A program made the translations under genes and the position numbers. A stretch of DNA of 62,375 bases, filler included, from Choristocarpus tenellus KU-1152 (taxonomy: Eukaryota; Protista; Phaeophyceae): assembly GCA_964200185.2 (NCBI GenBank). It is 14 parts of 14 records of this genome, joined end to end, with 100 filler letters (N's around TTAATTAATTAA, not from the genome) between each part and the next. Parts side by side here need not be neighbours in the genome. Positions count along the whole stretch, not along the records: positions 6,857 to 15,221 come from CAXNAD020004804.1; positions 15,322 to 18,187 come from CAXNAD020024101.1; positions 18,288 to 22,496 come from CAXNAD020015687.1; positions 22,597 to 26,448 come from CAXNAD020017569.1; 10 more parts are not named here. One strand, given 5' to 3'. The notes under the pieces are model-generated. The model made no database searches. It was given only the letters and a program-made list of their open reading frames with translations, and had not been told where the DNA came from. Below, piece by piece: positions 12,102 to 24,652 of the stretch; position 1 is the stretch's first letter, and each line of letters opens with the position of its first letter.

Positions 12102-12360
12102 GAGTTAAAGTATGTCAGAGGGTAGATCTTTGTCCGTTTGGGGGTCAAAACTCAATGTTGTGATTTCGATGTAATTTTGGCTATTGTTTTTGTTAGGAAG
12201 TGTCAATATCCTTGTTCCGGACACCCATTTTCATAACATACACATTTTACCTACCCCAAAACATTTCGGAGTAGGCAAAATGTCATAAAAAGCCCGTCGG
12301 AAGCCAAGCCCCAAACGGACAAACAAGGCAAAACTCGTACCCTCTAAGATATATTCACTC
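12102..12360 (+). mobile_element. MITE family A, complete
   Basis: Both TIRs; flanks GGAT/GGAA; empty site in paralog at ~11505. Confidence 0.9.
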
Positions 12361-12654
12361 GGAACTCAAATAGTAAGATGCGAAGCGCTATCTATAGGAT
12401 GAGTAGTAGTTTTGTTGGCATATCCTCCACATCAAGAAGGGCTGTTCACAAGCAGTTACTACCGAGATCGTTGAGGTTTGAGAAATAAGTTAAACAGTAT
12501 TTCCTCCACACATTTCCAAGTGATATTCTGACTTTGCAAATCAAAACCTCCTTGCCAACACGCAATGCAACACCCTCTAGTGCAGCTCTAGAGACGGGAA
12601 CCTATGCCTCAACTGTTTCTGACCCAGAGTGTTACTCTTAAGAGTTATGATTAT

Positions 12655-12828
12655 GAGTCGAAGTATCTTAGAGCATAGATATAGCTGTGTCCGTTTGAGG
12701 TCCAAAATCCAATGTCACGATTTGGATGTAGTTTTGGCTATGTGTATTTGTTAGGAAGTGCCAATATCGTTGTTCCAGACACATCTTTTCATAACCTAAA
12801 CATTTCACCTACTCCAAAACATGTCGGG
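12655..12828 (+). mobile_element. MITE family A, truncated within the central palindrome
   Basis: Left TIR plus interior to CTACTCCAAAACATGTCGGGGTA. Confidence 0.85.
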
Positions 12829-12829
12829 G

Positions 12830-13020
12830 TACAGTGGGTATACCTATATAAGAGAGGTCGGTATAAGGGAAAACGGGATATAAGAGAGGGTAAATTGCGT
12901 TGTCACGACTTTTTAGGCTATAAGAGAGGTTTCGGTGCTTTCCTCCCAATTCTCCCTTATATCGAGCAAAAACTCCCATTTTTTTTCACTAGTTGAGTGA
13001 GAGGTTTCGCAAAAAAAGCC
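12830..13020. mobile_element. One end of a pogo/Tc1-like non-autonomous element
   Basis: TA|CAGTGGGTATACCTATATAAGAGAGG with three TATAAGAGAGG subterminal repeats, inserted at a TA in family A. Confidence 0.55.
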
Positions 13021-13348
13021 ATGTCGAATGATAAGCAAAATATAACAAAGTAAGGCACAAATCTTGCTCGACACCAGCAGTACACAACATAGCAGTCTTT
13101 TGTCTCTCAGTACTGCACACTAGGGTACATACAGTATATCACACATGAAGAGTTAGATAAATGCATTGTACAGATACAACGATGCCCTGCACAGCAGGAT
13201 CCAGCTGCAACATGCAGGTTAATACTCCTGATCCACCGCACTCTCCATGCACATATATATATATATGTATATATATGGAGGTGGGCGGAAATTCAAGACC
13301 ATGTTATACCGCTGTGACTGACAATGGCAAGGTCAGTTTGAATGCTTT

Positions 13349-14920
13349 CGAAACATGGTGTTTTGATTCGGGGGCCTCGAGTAGTGTGACGAAAGACTCG
13401 ACGTACATATATCTGACTTCATTTCAATGTTCACAAGGCCACAACATGACTGTGGCAGACGGCACATCACATTGAAACCTGATTTCGTATGAGTTGTGCA
13501 TTATTGTAATGTGTCCGATTTATGGCGAAGAGGATCATAGTGCAATAAAAAGCACTGATGAAACTGTTCAGGTAGGTCTGATGGTTTGTTTACTAAATTA
13601 GAAAATGTTTGATGAGAAAGTATGTTTGGTTGTACTGTGATTAACACGTTTAGCGACAGGTGTGTGTCATAGTGCAACAAGACACCTGAAGGTTCGGTCT
13701 GATGAGTCTGAAGGGATGCTTTACCCAATCAGACTTTGGTAGAAGAGAAATGTGTACTGGTGCGTTTGTGGCATGTTCTACTCAAGCACACTATGATGAC
13801 AGAGAGTGTATGATGGGAATAACAACGGGGTGAATGAGATTAAATATTCACAAGCATGAGACTAACAAATTTGATGAGGTAATGAGATACAGGGCACGTT
13901 TGGTAGCAATAGGTTTTCGACAGATAGAATGTGTAGATTCTTAAGACACCTTTGCTCCAACACCATCGCCTGCGTCTTTAAGAACGGTTTTAGCATTAGC
14001 TGCAGACAAAAAATGGAAATTGATGCAATGGGGTGTTAAGCAGCAGGCTTTTATACAAGCAGACATTAGTGAAATTTTTTTGTGCGTTTGTTTGATGGAT
14101 GTGGTACATGCATGGTCCGGAAAGATTGTGAGTTTGGTAAAAGACCTTTATGATACCAAACAGGCTAGCAGGGAGTATAATAATTTGTTGGTACACGTTT
14201 TGGAACAATGTGGTTTTGATCGATGCAGAGCAGATACCTGTGTGTTACGCTATGTAAGAGATGGCGTGGTTTGTGCTGTGATAGCCCCCCACGTTGACGA
14301 TCTTTTGGTAGTTGGTAGATATGATTTGATTTGAGTTCGCTCTAGGATTAAGGAGCGGTTTTCTATAGAAGATTTTGGTGATCTTAAGTCCTATATGGGT
14401 TATGAGATTTCTCGTGATGGAATTGCACAGATTGTCACCATCAGTCAAAATAAGTATGTCAAAGAGATTTGGTGTGGATGGGGCAAAGAAGAGGGCGGTA
14501 CCCCCATGGTCTCTCAAGGACTTTGGATAAGAGTGAGGATTCAAGTGTTGATGAAAATAAACCGTACAGAGAAACAGTTGGTAGTTTGATGTGGGCAGCT
14601 ATTCTGACAACACTAGACATTGCAAATGCAGTTCGTGAGGTTGCCAGTACAGTAGTCATCCCAAGTCACACGTTGGTGTGCAATAAAGTGTGTTTTATAA
14701 TAATTTGAATACGTATCCCAGTATTGGATAGAGTTTTGGTGGTTTTGATACTGAGTGTGAGTTGAGTGCATATGCTGATGCTAGTTATGCTGGAGACTGG
14801 AATGATCGTAGATCATTGGCTGGAGGAGATTAATGCTTGGAGGAGGAGCAATATCTTGGATGTCAAAGGTACAAAAAGGTTGTAGCTTTGTCTTTCATGG
14901 AGAGTGAGTATATATAGCCC
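13349..14920 (+). pseudogene. Degenerate Ty1/Copia pol (protease, RT, RNase H)
   Basis: WCFDSGASS (protease); RYRARLVAIGFRQ..DTFAP, VKQAFIQAD, HVDDLLV (RT); AYADASYAGDWNDRRS..ISWMSKVQK..ESEYIA (RNase H); many stops and frameshifts. Confidence 0.93.
13472..13800 (+). repeat. LTR-like dispersed repeat inside the Copia relic
   Basis: Homologous to 25862-26180 (TTGAAACCTGATTTCGTATGAGTT...GTGTGTGTCATAGTGCAA...TCTGAAGGGATG). Confidence 0.75.
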
Positions 14921-14923
14921 CTA

Positions 14924-15188
14924 GAGTAAACCTATTTTAGAGGGTACGAGTTTTGCCCTATTTGTCCGTTTGGGGCTTGGCTTCTGATGTTTTTTTTAAT
15001 GACATTTTCCTACTCCAAAATATTTCGGAGGAGATAAAATGTATACGCTATGAAAAGGTGTGTTTGGAACAAGGATACTACTACTAACTCTTCCTAACAA
15101 ACACGATAGCGAAAAATACATCAAAATCGCAACATTGGATTGTGGTCCCCAAGCAGACGTGGCTCTACCCTCTAAGATACTTTGGTTC
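14924..15188 (-). mobile_element. MITE family A, complete
   Basis: Both termini; flanks CTA/TTA; followed by a family-B left TIR at 15202-15221. Confidence 0.88.
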
Positions 15189-15321
15189 TTAGCAGTGTGG
15201 CGACCCAAAGTATCTGGGGGGNNNNNNNNNNNNNNNNNNNNNNNNNNNNNNNNNNNNNNNNNNNNTTAATTAATTAANNNNNNNNNNNNNNNNNNNNNNN
15301 NNNNNNNNNNNNNNNNNNNNN

Positions 15322-15680
15322 CCAAGCAATCTCGCCGGGTTTATCACCTTTATCCTCTTTGATGATTTTGGGGATACTTTAACACCATCCGCGGAAACCT
15401 TTGCCAGCCAAGGTATGAAGCCTCTCGACAGAGCATGGACTTCTTTCGTTTAGTATCACATGAAAGAGTAATGAATTCACATCGCACCATTCTTGACTGA
15501 GATATCAATGGCCTCAGTTACAATGGAATAAATACATCGGTGCGTTTCAGCACAATCGCACCTATACATAACATAGGCTACGCATATCACTCATCGGTTC
15601 TTCGCAACACCATGATTCCTCATCGCTATTTGTCTACGCACTTTCCTTACATGTACGATCCATTTTTTCAGGTTTCAACA
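15322..15680 (-). repeat. LTR-like repeat (inverse copy of 25047-25450)
   Basis: Minus strand begins TGTTGAAACCTGA; shares GAGGAATCATGGTGTTGC and CCGATGAGTGATATGCGTAG with the 25047 copy. Confidence 0.75.
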
Positions 15681-16469
15681 GATACACATCCGGATGAGGA
15701 TGTAGGTGGTGGAGAGGTACTACCAGGAGGAGGGTATTGTTGGAGGAACTGTCTTTGGGTGTGTCGGTCAATAGACGCTTGAGGGAGTGAAGATTGGAGT
15801 CAATTATTTCTTGTCAAAAGTTGGACAAAGAAGAGTCCACCTTTTTGGTACGAACATGTCGATGCGGTAAACATCAACCCAAGAACCAGTGACAAGTGGC
15901 CTGCGAACTTGATGTGGCCACAGCAGGATTTGTGAGGGAGAAATATTGACCACTTGAACTTACTTCTCGCCGAGGATCGGGTCGGGATCATGATAGAAAC
16001 TATAAACACTCACATATGAGAAGGTAGACGTGGAGAGCATGTGCCACTGACACTCATCGTATGTTAGGTGCACTGTCTGCCGTGACTGTGGCTGAGAAGG
16101 TGGGATCAAAATAGTTGTGGAATTGAAGAAAGGGAGGTGTCAAATATAGCCCAATGTTATCCTTACGTCATCTGTACTGATACAAGTATATAGCATAGGT
16201 TTTGTGTACGTTTATATTTGGTTTGATACAATACAATGTAGTAATGCACGAAGCGGTATGAGGGGTGAGTTGTTGGTCATACGTCAGAGATAATTGATGG
16301 CTAAGAAAAAGGCGTAGTGCGCAATTAATATTCAGCGTATGTTTACCATGTAACTCAACTACCAGCTTTGGATGACAAACCTTACATGCACCAACCTCTT
16401 GAACACGCTTAAGCGCTCTTAATCCAAACTTTAGCTAGGGGAGGCAGCCGAACTGGATTGGTTTGAGGA

Positions 16470-17060
16470 TATTTTATCACATATGGCTCCAGATGTGTTT
16501 CCTTTAGGTAACGGATGACAACTATGCCGATTGGTTCGCCACAGCCCGTGCATTTTTGGGCGCAAAGGGCGATTGATGAGGCACTAGAGGTCAGGGAGGA
16601 ACCCATCGGAGTGGGTGACATAGATTTCACTAAGGGGGAAGACATCAGTTAAGACGAGGTCACCGAAGCCAAGAAGGCACACAAGGATTTCTTAAGAAGC
16701 ACCACTAGCTTCTACAGTTGCATTGTACGCATCACCACCTGAGGCATGGAAGCAACTGAAGGAATATTTCCTCATTTATTCAGATGAGGAAATAGCACGG
16801 CTACAGAAGAAGGTGATGGCTGTCAAAATGCCACGGGGGCCCGACCCCCAAATCACTTTTTCTACGATGCTGGACTGGGTTGGTCAGATGGCGATGATGG
16901 GGCGTGTGACGTCTGAGCAGGTTCTCCAAATTGTTAGCTAGACTGTTTGGACGATGATTAACAGATCACCAACCACCTTCAGCACCACAATAAAAGTGAG
17001 CGTTCGAGAACTACGATTCAACAAGGAAGCTGCTCGTTCGCTATTATAATAGTCGCAATT
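16470..17060 (+). pseudogene. Degenerate Copia-type gag (UBN2-like)
   Basis: PPEAWKQLKEYFLIYSDEEIARLQKKVMAVKM..DP resembles the Retrotran_gag_2 pattern; interrupted frames. Confidence 0.65.
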
Positions 17061-17369
17061 TCTATTTTTGTTGACCTGTTTCGAAGAAACGAAGACTCTT
17101 CACGGTCTATTGTACAAGCATCTCCCCCCGTCCATAGAAAAAGGTCCTCTCCCTTCGGTAACAAATCGAAAAATGACGTGTGTATGTTATAGTATTTTCT
17201 ACCCCCCAACTCCCACCACACTTCACATTTCGCAACTAACTCCAGATCCAGACCACAACATCCACTCAGCAGTAGACCAGCGGTGAACACTTGACCCAGC
17301 TCACAAGCAAGTACCAAGCACACAGTAGCCACAAACACCGCCTTAAACTCGAACCTTCAAAGAATTAAA

Positions 17370-18115
17370 ATGCGTTTGTTCTCGGTTGTACTCAGTATCC
17401 TGGTCTTAACTGATGCGACGGCACCAGTGAAGAGCAAGTTCAAGGATTATGAGGTCGAGGTCATCAACCTCACATTCCTCCAGCCCCTATCACCAGTAGT
17501 GGTCGTTATGCACACACGGGTGAGCAACGAAACTTGCTGGTGGCCGCGGATGATGGATTGGTTGGTGTGGTTCACCATTCAACGTGCGCTTGAATTAGGT
17601 TAAACATCTTCGTGTAGAAGTGTCTAATATCAAGGTTGTCTGTGCAGGATTTCCAGAGCATTATTCTAGTCTTTTAAACCCGATGTGAACATACTCTCTT
17701 CATATACGACCATCCCAACAGGATATCAACATCTTTGAAGACGGAGGATTAGCATCTTCCTTAGCTGAAGATATTAGCCGAAGATGGGAACGGCCAGCCG
17801 CTCGTGGTGAGATATATCTATATATATATATGTATGTTCTGTTTAAAGTACCCAAGTTTCATATACTACTATTAATGTACTTCGAAGCACTAAGTACATA
17901 CTATGGCCCACCCCCCCTGCCTGTGCTGATGTCTCATCACTCCTGATCAATGTGACCGTTCCAGGATCTTCTTAACGGAGATCTCAAGGAATAAATTTGT
18001 GGCTACTCCTTTGGCGATGCGCCTATTGTTCCAGGAGGGTCCTTCAGGGAGACAATCACGGTCAAGATAAAGGGAAGATGCAAGAAACCTGTTTTCTCGG
18101 CTGCATCAATGCTGG
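17370..18115 (+). pseudogene. Secreted Spondin_N-domain protein, 3 exons (17370-17519, 17722-17806, 17965-18115), disrupted
   Basis: Signal peptide; YEVEVINLTFLQPLSPVVVVMH, IFEDGGLAS..LKILAEDGNGQPL, FSAASML; GT-AG introns; frameshift in exon 2 and in-frame TAA in exon 3. Confidence 0.8.
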
Positions 18116-18287
18116 GTGAGTGGTTGCCCGCAAAATATACGACTCGATAAATCCGTCTGGGGGTCAAAGTATCTCGGGGGGGGGGGGNNNNNNNNNNNNN
18201 NNNNNNNNNNNNNNNNNNNNNNNNNNNNNNNTTAATTAATTAANNNNNNNNNNNNNNNNNNNNNNNNNNNNNNNNNNNNNNNNNNNN

Positions 18288-18392
18288 GTTGCATACATTG
18301 GATGGATTTATAAGTTAAAGGCCCTTTTCCTGGTTATGGCCCAAATGGGCCCCCTGGAGGAGACTCCCCCCCCCCCCCAGATACTTTGGGTC
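18288..18392 (-). mobile_element. MITE family B, partial at contig start (other contig-end B fragments: 18161, 22477, 22597, 26425, 26549, 33140, 47695)
   Basis: (C)n-AGATACTTTGGGTC terminus. Confidence 0.85.
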
Positions 18393-21202
18393 GATACTAG
18401 ACAGTAGTACTAGCCGAGGTTGTGGTGGTGGGTATGGCGTATCTGTTTGAGCCATCAATGTAAAAGATACTTCTCTAAAAATAGATAATGTTAATATTGC
18501 GATGGTCCCCTTCATGCCAAAGTATACCTTTAAAGTACCCTTCCTTTAGAAGGTATACCTCATAATCTGTTTCCTCGGATGACATCAGCATTGCTTCATA
18601 ACGTCACCAATATAAGGTTTTAAGCAGAGCTCACAAGCCCCCCTCATTGACTTCCCTCGTCACTCCTATTCTGGGTTACCTTCCGAGCCTTGCTTACTCT
18701 CATGCCTGGTATCTCTCCATTCCATTCCTTCTGCGGTTATTCCCAGTCCCCTTCAGTCTGAAGAACCTTTCTCCTGGTTTCCACATTTTCATAGTGGTAA
18801 CAACCGCACAGCAGTTCCAAAGTTGGAGAGTACATCAAGAGTACTTTGAAGATACTCTTGATACATTGCATTTACTTTGAGCACCACATGCCTGCTATGT
18901 GTACGTATGTCACAGCATTTTAATTCACACATAGTTCAATCCAGGAGACAAAACAACACTATCCACACTACCAAGAGCTGTTTTCAAATCTTTGTCGAGG
19001 AGGAATTTAAAGAAAACGAGCCAGTCACACACCTTCTACTACCCTTTCATGTCCGAGGCCCTCGTTCCTTTGATGAGGTCCTACTTGAGGAAGAGAGGAA
19101 ACCTCTCCTCCACAAGTCGTTCAGAATCTTTTTCGACATGGATTTTCAGGTGGTGGATGTGCAACAATCGATGTCTACAGATAATCATCTGTAAGTTCAG
19201 CCCCTAACAACAAATTCGCCCAGTTCTCAAACCCAAAATGTCCCACCAGTATCACCACCGATATCCTCTCCAGCTCCACCAATATCATCTACCGCAGACC
19301 TGCGTATCATGTTCATCAACACAGAACTAAAATGTCTACCAAACATGGACCTACCTTATTAGGAATCTGACGGAGACAAGAGAAATGACTAATGTAAGGA
19401 AGTCTGCATCTATTTCCCACACAACTGCTTTGCCGAAAATATTTTTTGCAGACTTTCCCAATGGCATGTGTCTTCCTTCCCCATAACTGGTATATCTACA
19501 CTTGAGACAAGTTTCTGCAAGCAAGTCACACTTCAACTTTGCGACTCACAACATGAAACCCACCATTGCTGATTGTGCATGCATGGCCCACTTATCTTTG
19601 ATCTTAGATTCAAATGCTAGTATGCTATATTCCCAGAGCACGGAAGGCAAAGTTGAATGGGAGTCACCTGCCCACTTTGGAGCACTTAAATGCAGAAACT
19701 GTCATAAACTCTGTATCCATTGTGGCCCCAAAAATATGTAACAAATGATGTACTATTTATATCAACATATAGTAGCGCAAATGTCATGAGTACTGACATA
19801 GGCAGTGAGTTAACATTCCTAAATAGACTGAAACCCTTGAAGCAAATTCCCCACATTCTTGACACCTTCTCATTAGGTTACCACAGCAGCTGACCATTGA
19901 TCCATGGACTGTAGCAACCGTAAATATCTAAACGAGATCACCATATTACCCTCTTTGACGAGGGATTGCAACCCCATCTTTAACTCAAAGAGTTCAGTGA
20001 AGATTTTGATTCAACGCTGTCGGAAGCCATTTACCGTGCAAAATGGTACGAATTCAACGATCTAATGAGAAAAAGGCACACCATTGCTCTTGCCCCTGCC
20101 CCTTCAGCACCAACTTTGCCCACTGCCTTCTCTGCCAGTGCCTCTGGTCATGCCTATGCAGCCTTTGATTCCCTCGGTAAGGATCGCCTCTTTAAAGGTC
20201 ACAAATAAACGGCTTGAACAGGAAGTCTGCAGGCTGAATTGGCATTTCGTAAACCACTCCAGCACCAGTCGAATTCCTACGATGCCACCTCAACATAGTC
20301 AGCCTCATCATGGAACCCAAGCGTCATGCATAAGAGCATCCAGCAACCCATATCTGCCACCAGAATTCACACTGCAAGCAGCATACTGGAACCATGAATA
20401 GGCATAGTGCTGGGATAACATTGGTAATGCCTTTCCAATGAAGAGAAGAATGTCGAAATAGACGAAGCACAGGCTAGAAACCCTGGTAGATATTGACAAG
20501 GCCCGGGTCCAACCTTGAGACCACAGGGAGGGGTCTGGATCTTGGTTGTGCCAGATGGCCAGGTACAGGTTCAAGACTGACACTCTCAGGAAAGGGTTCA
20601 GATCCAGGCCGAAGTTGTGGGCCTGTGCGGAAGTTCCTCTTATTTACATCAAACTAACCCCAGTAATTTTTTGGGTGTGGGGTCAATTGTTACCAAATTA
20701 TAGACAGGGTTTGCCAAATGAACCAAACATAGCTTATTTTCAGCATCACTTGCACTTCAGCCCCAGTTTATTCCTCGGCATATCAAGAATTAACATGCTT
20801 CGCGTCTGATTCTTCCTCTAGGTGCAGACCATAAACCTAAAAATAGTACTTCTTCAGCATGATTCACCAGTGCCTTGTCGCACTATGCCTCTCTTCAAGT
20901 GTGTACCAAATCGTCTTCAAAATATACTCACATTGAAGGAAAATTAATTCTGCCTTTGCCACAATATCTTCAGACACAGAAAGTGACATCCCATGCATTT
21001 CTCACCATTTTTAAAGTGCCAACATTGCCCTACGGAATTCCCGTATAGAACCTATTCCACCGGGTTCAATCAACCTATGTTCCGTGGATGGCAGTGCCTT
21101 GACCGTCATGAGATTTATCATGATTTCTCTTGAATTAGGTGAGTGATATCACTATTCCAGTTGAGTCTCTGGTATAGCCTGCCTTAGGCTCTGATGGTAT
21201 TA

Positions 21203-21300
21203 TATTACTATGCCCTCTGACATTTTGCAGATGTGTCAGGGGGGAAACCAATGAAAACTATTCACATGTCAGTGTAAGCCCTAAAGAAATAAAATGTCAC
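21203..21300 (+). mobile_element. Family D repeat end (hairpin terminus)
   Basis: TATGCCCTCTGACATTTTGCAGATGTGTCAGGGG, near-identical to 35078 and (reversed) 37093. Confidence 0.75.
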
Positions 21301-22879
21301 AAATGTAAAAACACTACTCTATTTGTTATTTCACTATAGTGGAACCAATACTTTATGCCTCTGGGTTTGTCCCGTCATAAATTTTGATGTACACATCGGA
21401 TTTAAAAAATAAAAGAATATTCGTGATGCCCGTCACAAGGCCCTCCAGAATATGGGCTGTATTTATTTCACCATTTAACAAAAAAGAAAGACCGCTCATG
21501 TTGGGGTTCGAACCCTGGATTGTAGGTCACCAAGAATGGCAACGGATGAACTATTACTTGATTAAGTATAGGGTTTAGCCGGGGGAAAAGCCTCCCCACC
21601 CTTTCTTCCTGTGTTGATTTCTCGAACGAATGCAGGCTGAGAGAAAGGCTTAATCAACTAACTATATATGTCTAACCCTAAGTCCAGGAACAAGAGTAAA
21701 TGTACGGCATTTTGCAAGAAGTGGGAAACACCAAACCATCGGTGTGCAAATTGTCTCAATCTCACCTCCTCTTCTTCCCTGGCACCCACGTCGATGGCTA
21801 CCTCCACCTACTTCACGACCTCTGCTAAGTTTAGGATTTAGTGGTATCGAAAAGTCTCCATGGCTGCCTTTGTTACAATCGCTTTCTCCTCCGTGCCCTT
21901 TCGACCTTTATTTGGGCTTCAGAGTACTTGTACCCCAACCCTAACACCTTCTTTCTCGTTTCCTTAAGCCACTCCGGCTGGCACAGCTTCCAAATAGCCA
22001 GGGCCTGCCATAACTGTTGACTACCAAGATATTCTACACCCGGGTTTTCACTTCGGCGTTTCCTGAGCGCAATGGCACGCAGTCGCACTGCTCTCTTACC
22101 CAATCTTCCTTTCGGGCGGCCACCTCTGTTCTACCTTCGCCTGCCGTGACCAGGTTTCCCCACAGACTTCGTCACTGTACCACCTGGTGATGGACTCGCA
22201 GAGCAGTGCTCCGACGTGGTTGAAGATCTAACCACGTTTGTGTGGTAATGCTTTCAATGCATCTTCTCTCAGCATCAGCGTCATGACCCCGCGATCCATT
22301 TCACGATTTGGTTATGCTGCTGCGCCACAGTACACACACTTTCTTGTCACCTAACATCGCACTGAGTGTCACACAGTATTTGCATTTCCGTTGTCTCTTG
22401 ACAGAGAAGGTGCTGAGGGTAGATCCAGGGGGCAGAGTGGCCTCGGCGGCTCTCCTTGTCTCACCGTCGTGGTTCTGGGTCAAAGTATCTGGGGGGNNNN
22501 NNNNNNNNNNNNNNNNNNNNNNNNNNNNNNNNNNNNNNNNTTAATTAATTAANNNNNNNNNNNNNNNNNNNNNNNNNNNNNNNNNNNNNNNNNNNNCCAA
22601 ATGGACAGCCGCCACACACCCCCAGATACTTTGAACCAATACAGGACCATACTTAATCAAGTAGTACGCGCGCGCGGTTCATGCGGGGGTGCCACGCGTC
22701 GCGAGCGAACAGGGCATTTATGGACGATTTTGACGCCAGAAGAGGCCATTTTCACCCGGACAACATGGGCGTTGTTGTCTCTTCCCATTATTTCCCGTTT
22801 ATGCGATGTTGTGACCTGCTGATCAAGGCTCACTCGTGGGGGACCAGGCCTCTGAACCAGGCAATCCATGCCAAGTCAA

Positions 22880-23140
22880 GAGTGAAAGTATCTTAGAGGG
22901 TACGAGTTTTGCCCTGTTTGTCCGTTTAGGGCTTGGCTTCCCATGGGGTTTTTTTTCTGACATTTTCCTACTCCAAAATGTTTAGGAGTAGGTAAAATGT
23001 ATACGTCATGAAAAAGCGTGTCCAGAACAAGGATATTGACACTTTAAAATTAATAAAATAGCCAAAAATATATAAAAATCGCAACATTGGAGTTTGTTTC
23101 CCAAATGGACGCGGCTGTACCCTCTAAGATAATTTGGCTC
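22880..23140 (-). mobile_element. MITE family A, complete
   Basis: Both TIRs; flanks TCAA/TCAA. Confidence 0.92.
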
Positions 23141-23430
23141 TCAAATGAGGTATTCTGAAGGTAAGGCCTCCTGTGAGACTTAAATGTCCTGTACACCCTG
23201 TCCAATTTGGTGCACTCCATGCCTTTCTCGTTGGAATATATCAGGTGGTAAGCAATGCTCATCCTGAAGAACCTCTCCACAATTGCTGTGGACGGCCCCC
23301 CTTCCTCCTTAAGACTGACAGGAATGTTGGCTCTCATTCCAGGTAATGTGTAGTCACAATGGCCTCTTACATAGTGCTTCGCCCGCCGCCAGACCATCTA
23401 TATTGGATCCAATTCACGGTGTCCTGTGAG
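23141..23430 (-). pseudogene. C-terminal fragment of a Tc1/IS630-like (DDE_3) transposase
   Basis: HRELDPI*MVWRRAKHYVRGHCDYTLPGMRANIP...RFFR...Y...FKSHRR matches the 'HCELNPIE.W..AK.Y.R..CDY' pattern. Confidence 0.75.
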
Positions 23431-24652
23431 GGGCAGCCCACAACTCGGAGCTCATTGTGCGTCACAGTGTCCTGTGAGTGGCTTAAACAGTATTTTAAGC
23501 CGAGGTCCACCAACGTACCGTTTTGGCGGATACCAGTCTTGATATTTTTGAAATGCTTACCCAACGCGTTAATCGACGATCAGCATATCAACTGAAAGCT
23601 CTGAATCTAGGCTAGCAATTTACGCAAAGTAATTCTTTGGGAAAAATTGTTTTGGTCGTGATAATTCATTCAAACATTTTAGGTTGTACCGAGAACGTTC
23701 GGTTAACGTTTAACCTTACCAAAATACGTTTGTGAACGAATTCCTTTCCAGAACTCAATAGCGTAGATCAAGAGCTTTCATTCGATATGCTGATCTTTGT
23801 TTAACTCGTTGGGCAACCCTTTCAAATTAATCAAAATCGGTCTGGTCCTAGAGGTGACTGCCAACACTATGATGTGCATATTAGACAGGTATTTGGGGGG
23901 GGTGACATCTCAGTCCAATCAACCAGTCATTCGATCGGGAACTGATATTTATATATTTCTTCCGATCCAAAATCGAGATGTGAATTTCTTGCTTTCGTTT
24001 CGTCTATGTAACGTTTTCTTCATACATTTTGGTGAGAAGAACCACACTCCATTGTTTTCTATATTGATTTCTGGCACCTCCTCTGCTCCTGCCGTACCTA
24101 ACTCAAACCCTACCAGCCTCCTTCCACGCAGATAAGAGCCCTAGCCTCCCTCATTGCCAGATAGATACGTACAGAGTGGTCAATCGCTAAGAGTCTACCA
24201 TCCGCAATAGTGTGCCAAGGTAGGTTAACGTAGCGATTACGACCTCCAATGGGTTCCGCTGTGTCGTTGCGGCTTGCCGCCGTGGCTTCGTGTCTCTGTA
24301 AGGAAGTTGTACTTGTAAAGTGTGCACGACACGCGTCGAGAAGCTCGATTTCGTCCTGAACCAGGTCACAGCTCGATTTCTGCTCTCTAGTCGAGTCAAG
24401 TTGCCTCTCTTCTGCCACTACTACGTACTACTGGAGAATATTATCTTAGCTCCCCCCCCTTCCATCCACCAAAAAAATACTCTACATCCAACGTAAGGAG
24501 GACCGCACCACAGCGAATGCTCTCACGGCGACGATACCGAGTTTGACGTGTTTCCTTGGGAATCGACGATGTTAAAAACGCTAGCCAAGGCCCTTCTCTC
24601 CCTTTCATCAAGTCCAAGGTGGTGAAGATATGGAGGTTATTTCGTCCACAGA

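Larger units (their letters stand above)
11017..12612 (+). repeat. Diverged tandem duplication (~11017-11753 and ~11849-12612), each copy with a different MITE
   Basis: Shared blocks GAACGATCACA, GGGTTCGTTGCAGTTCACC, GAGTAGTGGGTGCAGATCAGTAC, AATGCAACACCCTCTAGTGC. Confidence 0.9.

Noticed and set aside
17990-17996. Stop-codon reassignment suggested by the in-frame TAA in Spondin_N
   Set aside because: The same gene has a frameshift, and no in-frame stops occur in the conserved genes
22477-22637. B left end and B right end across a gap as a single element (also 18161/18392, 26425/26653)
   Set aside because: Flanks do not form TSDs and contigs are artificially joined
23590-24420. Possible Copia gag relic (ILINLKGLPNEL)
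   Set aside because: Single weak motif; too degraded to call
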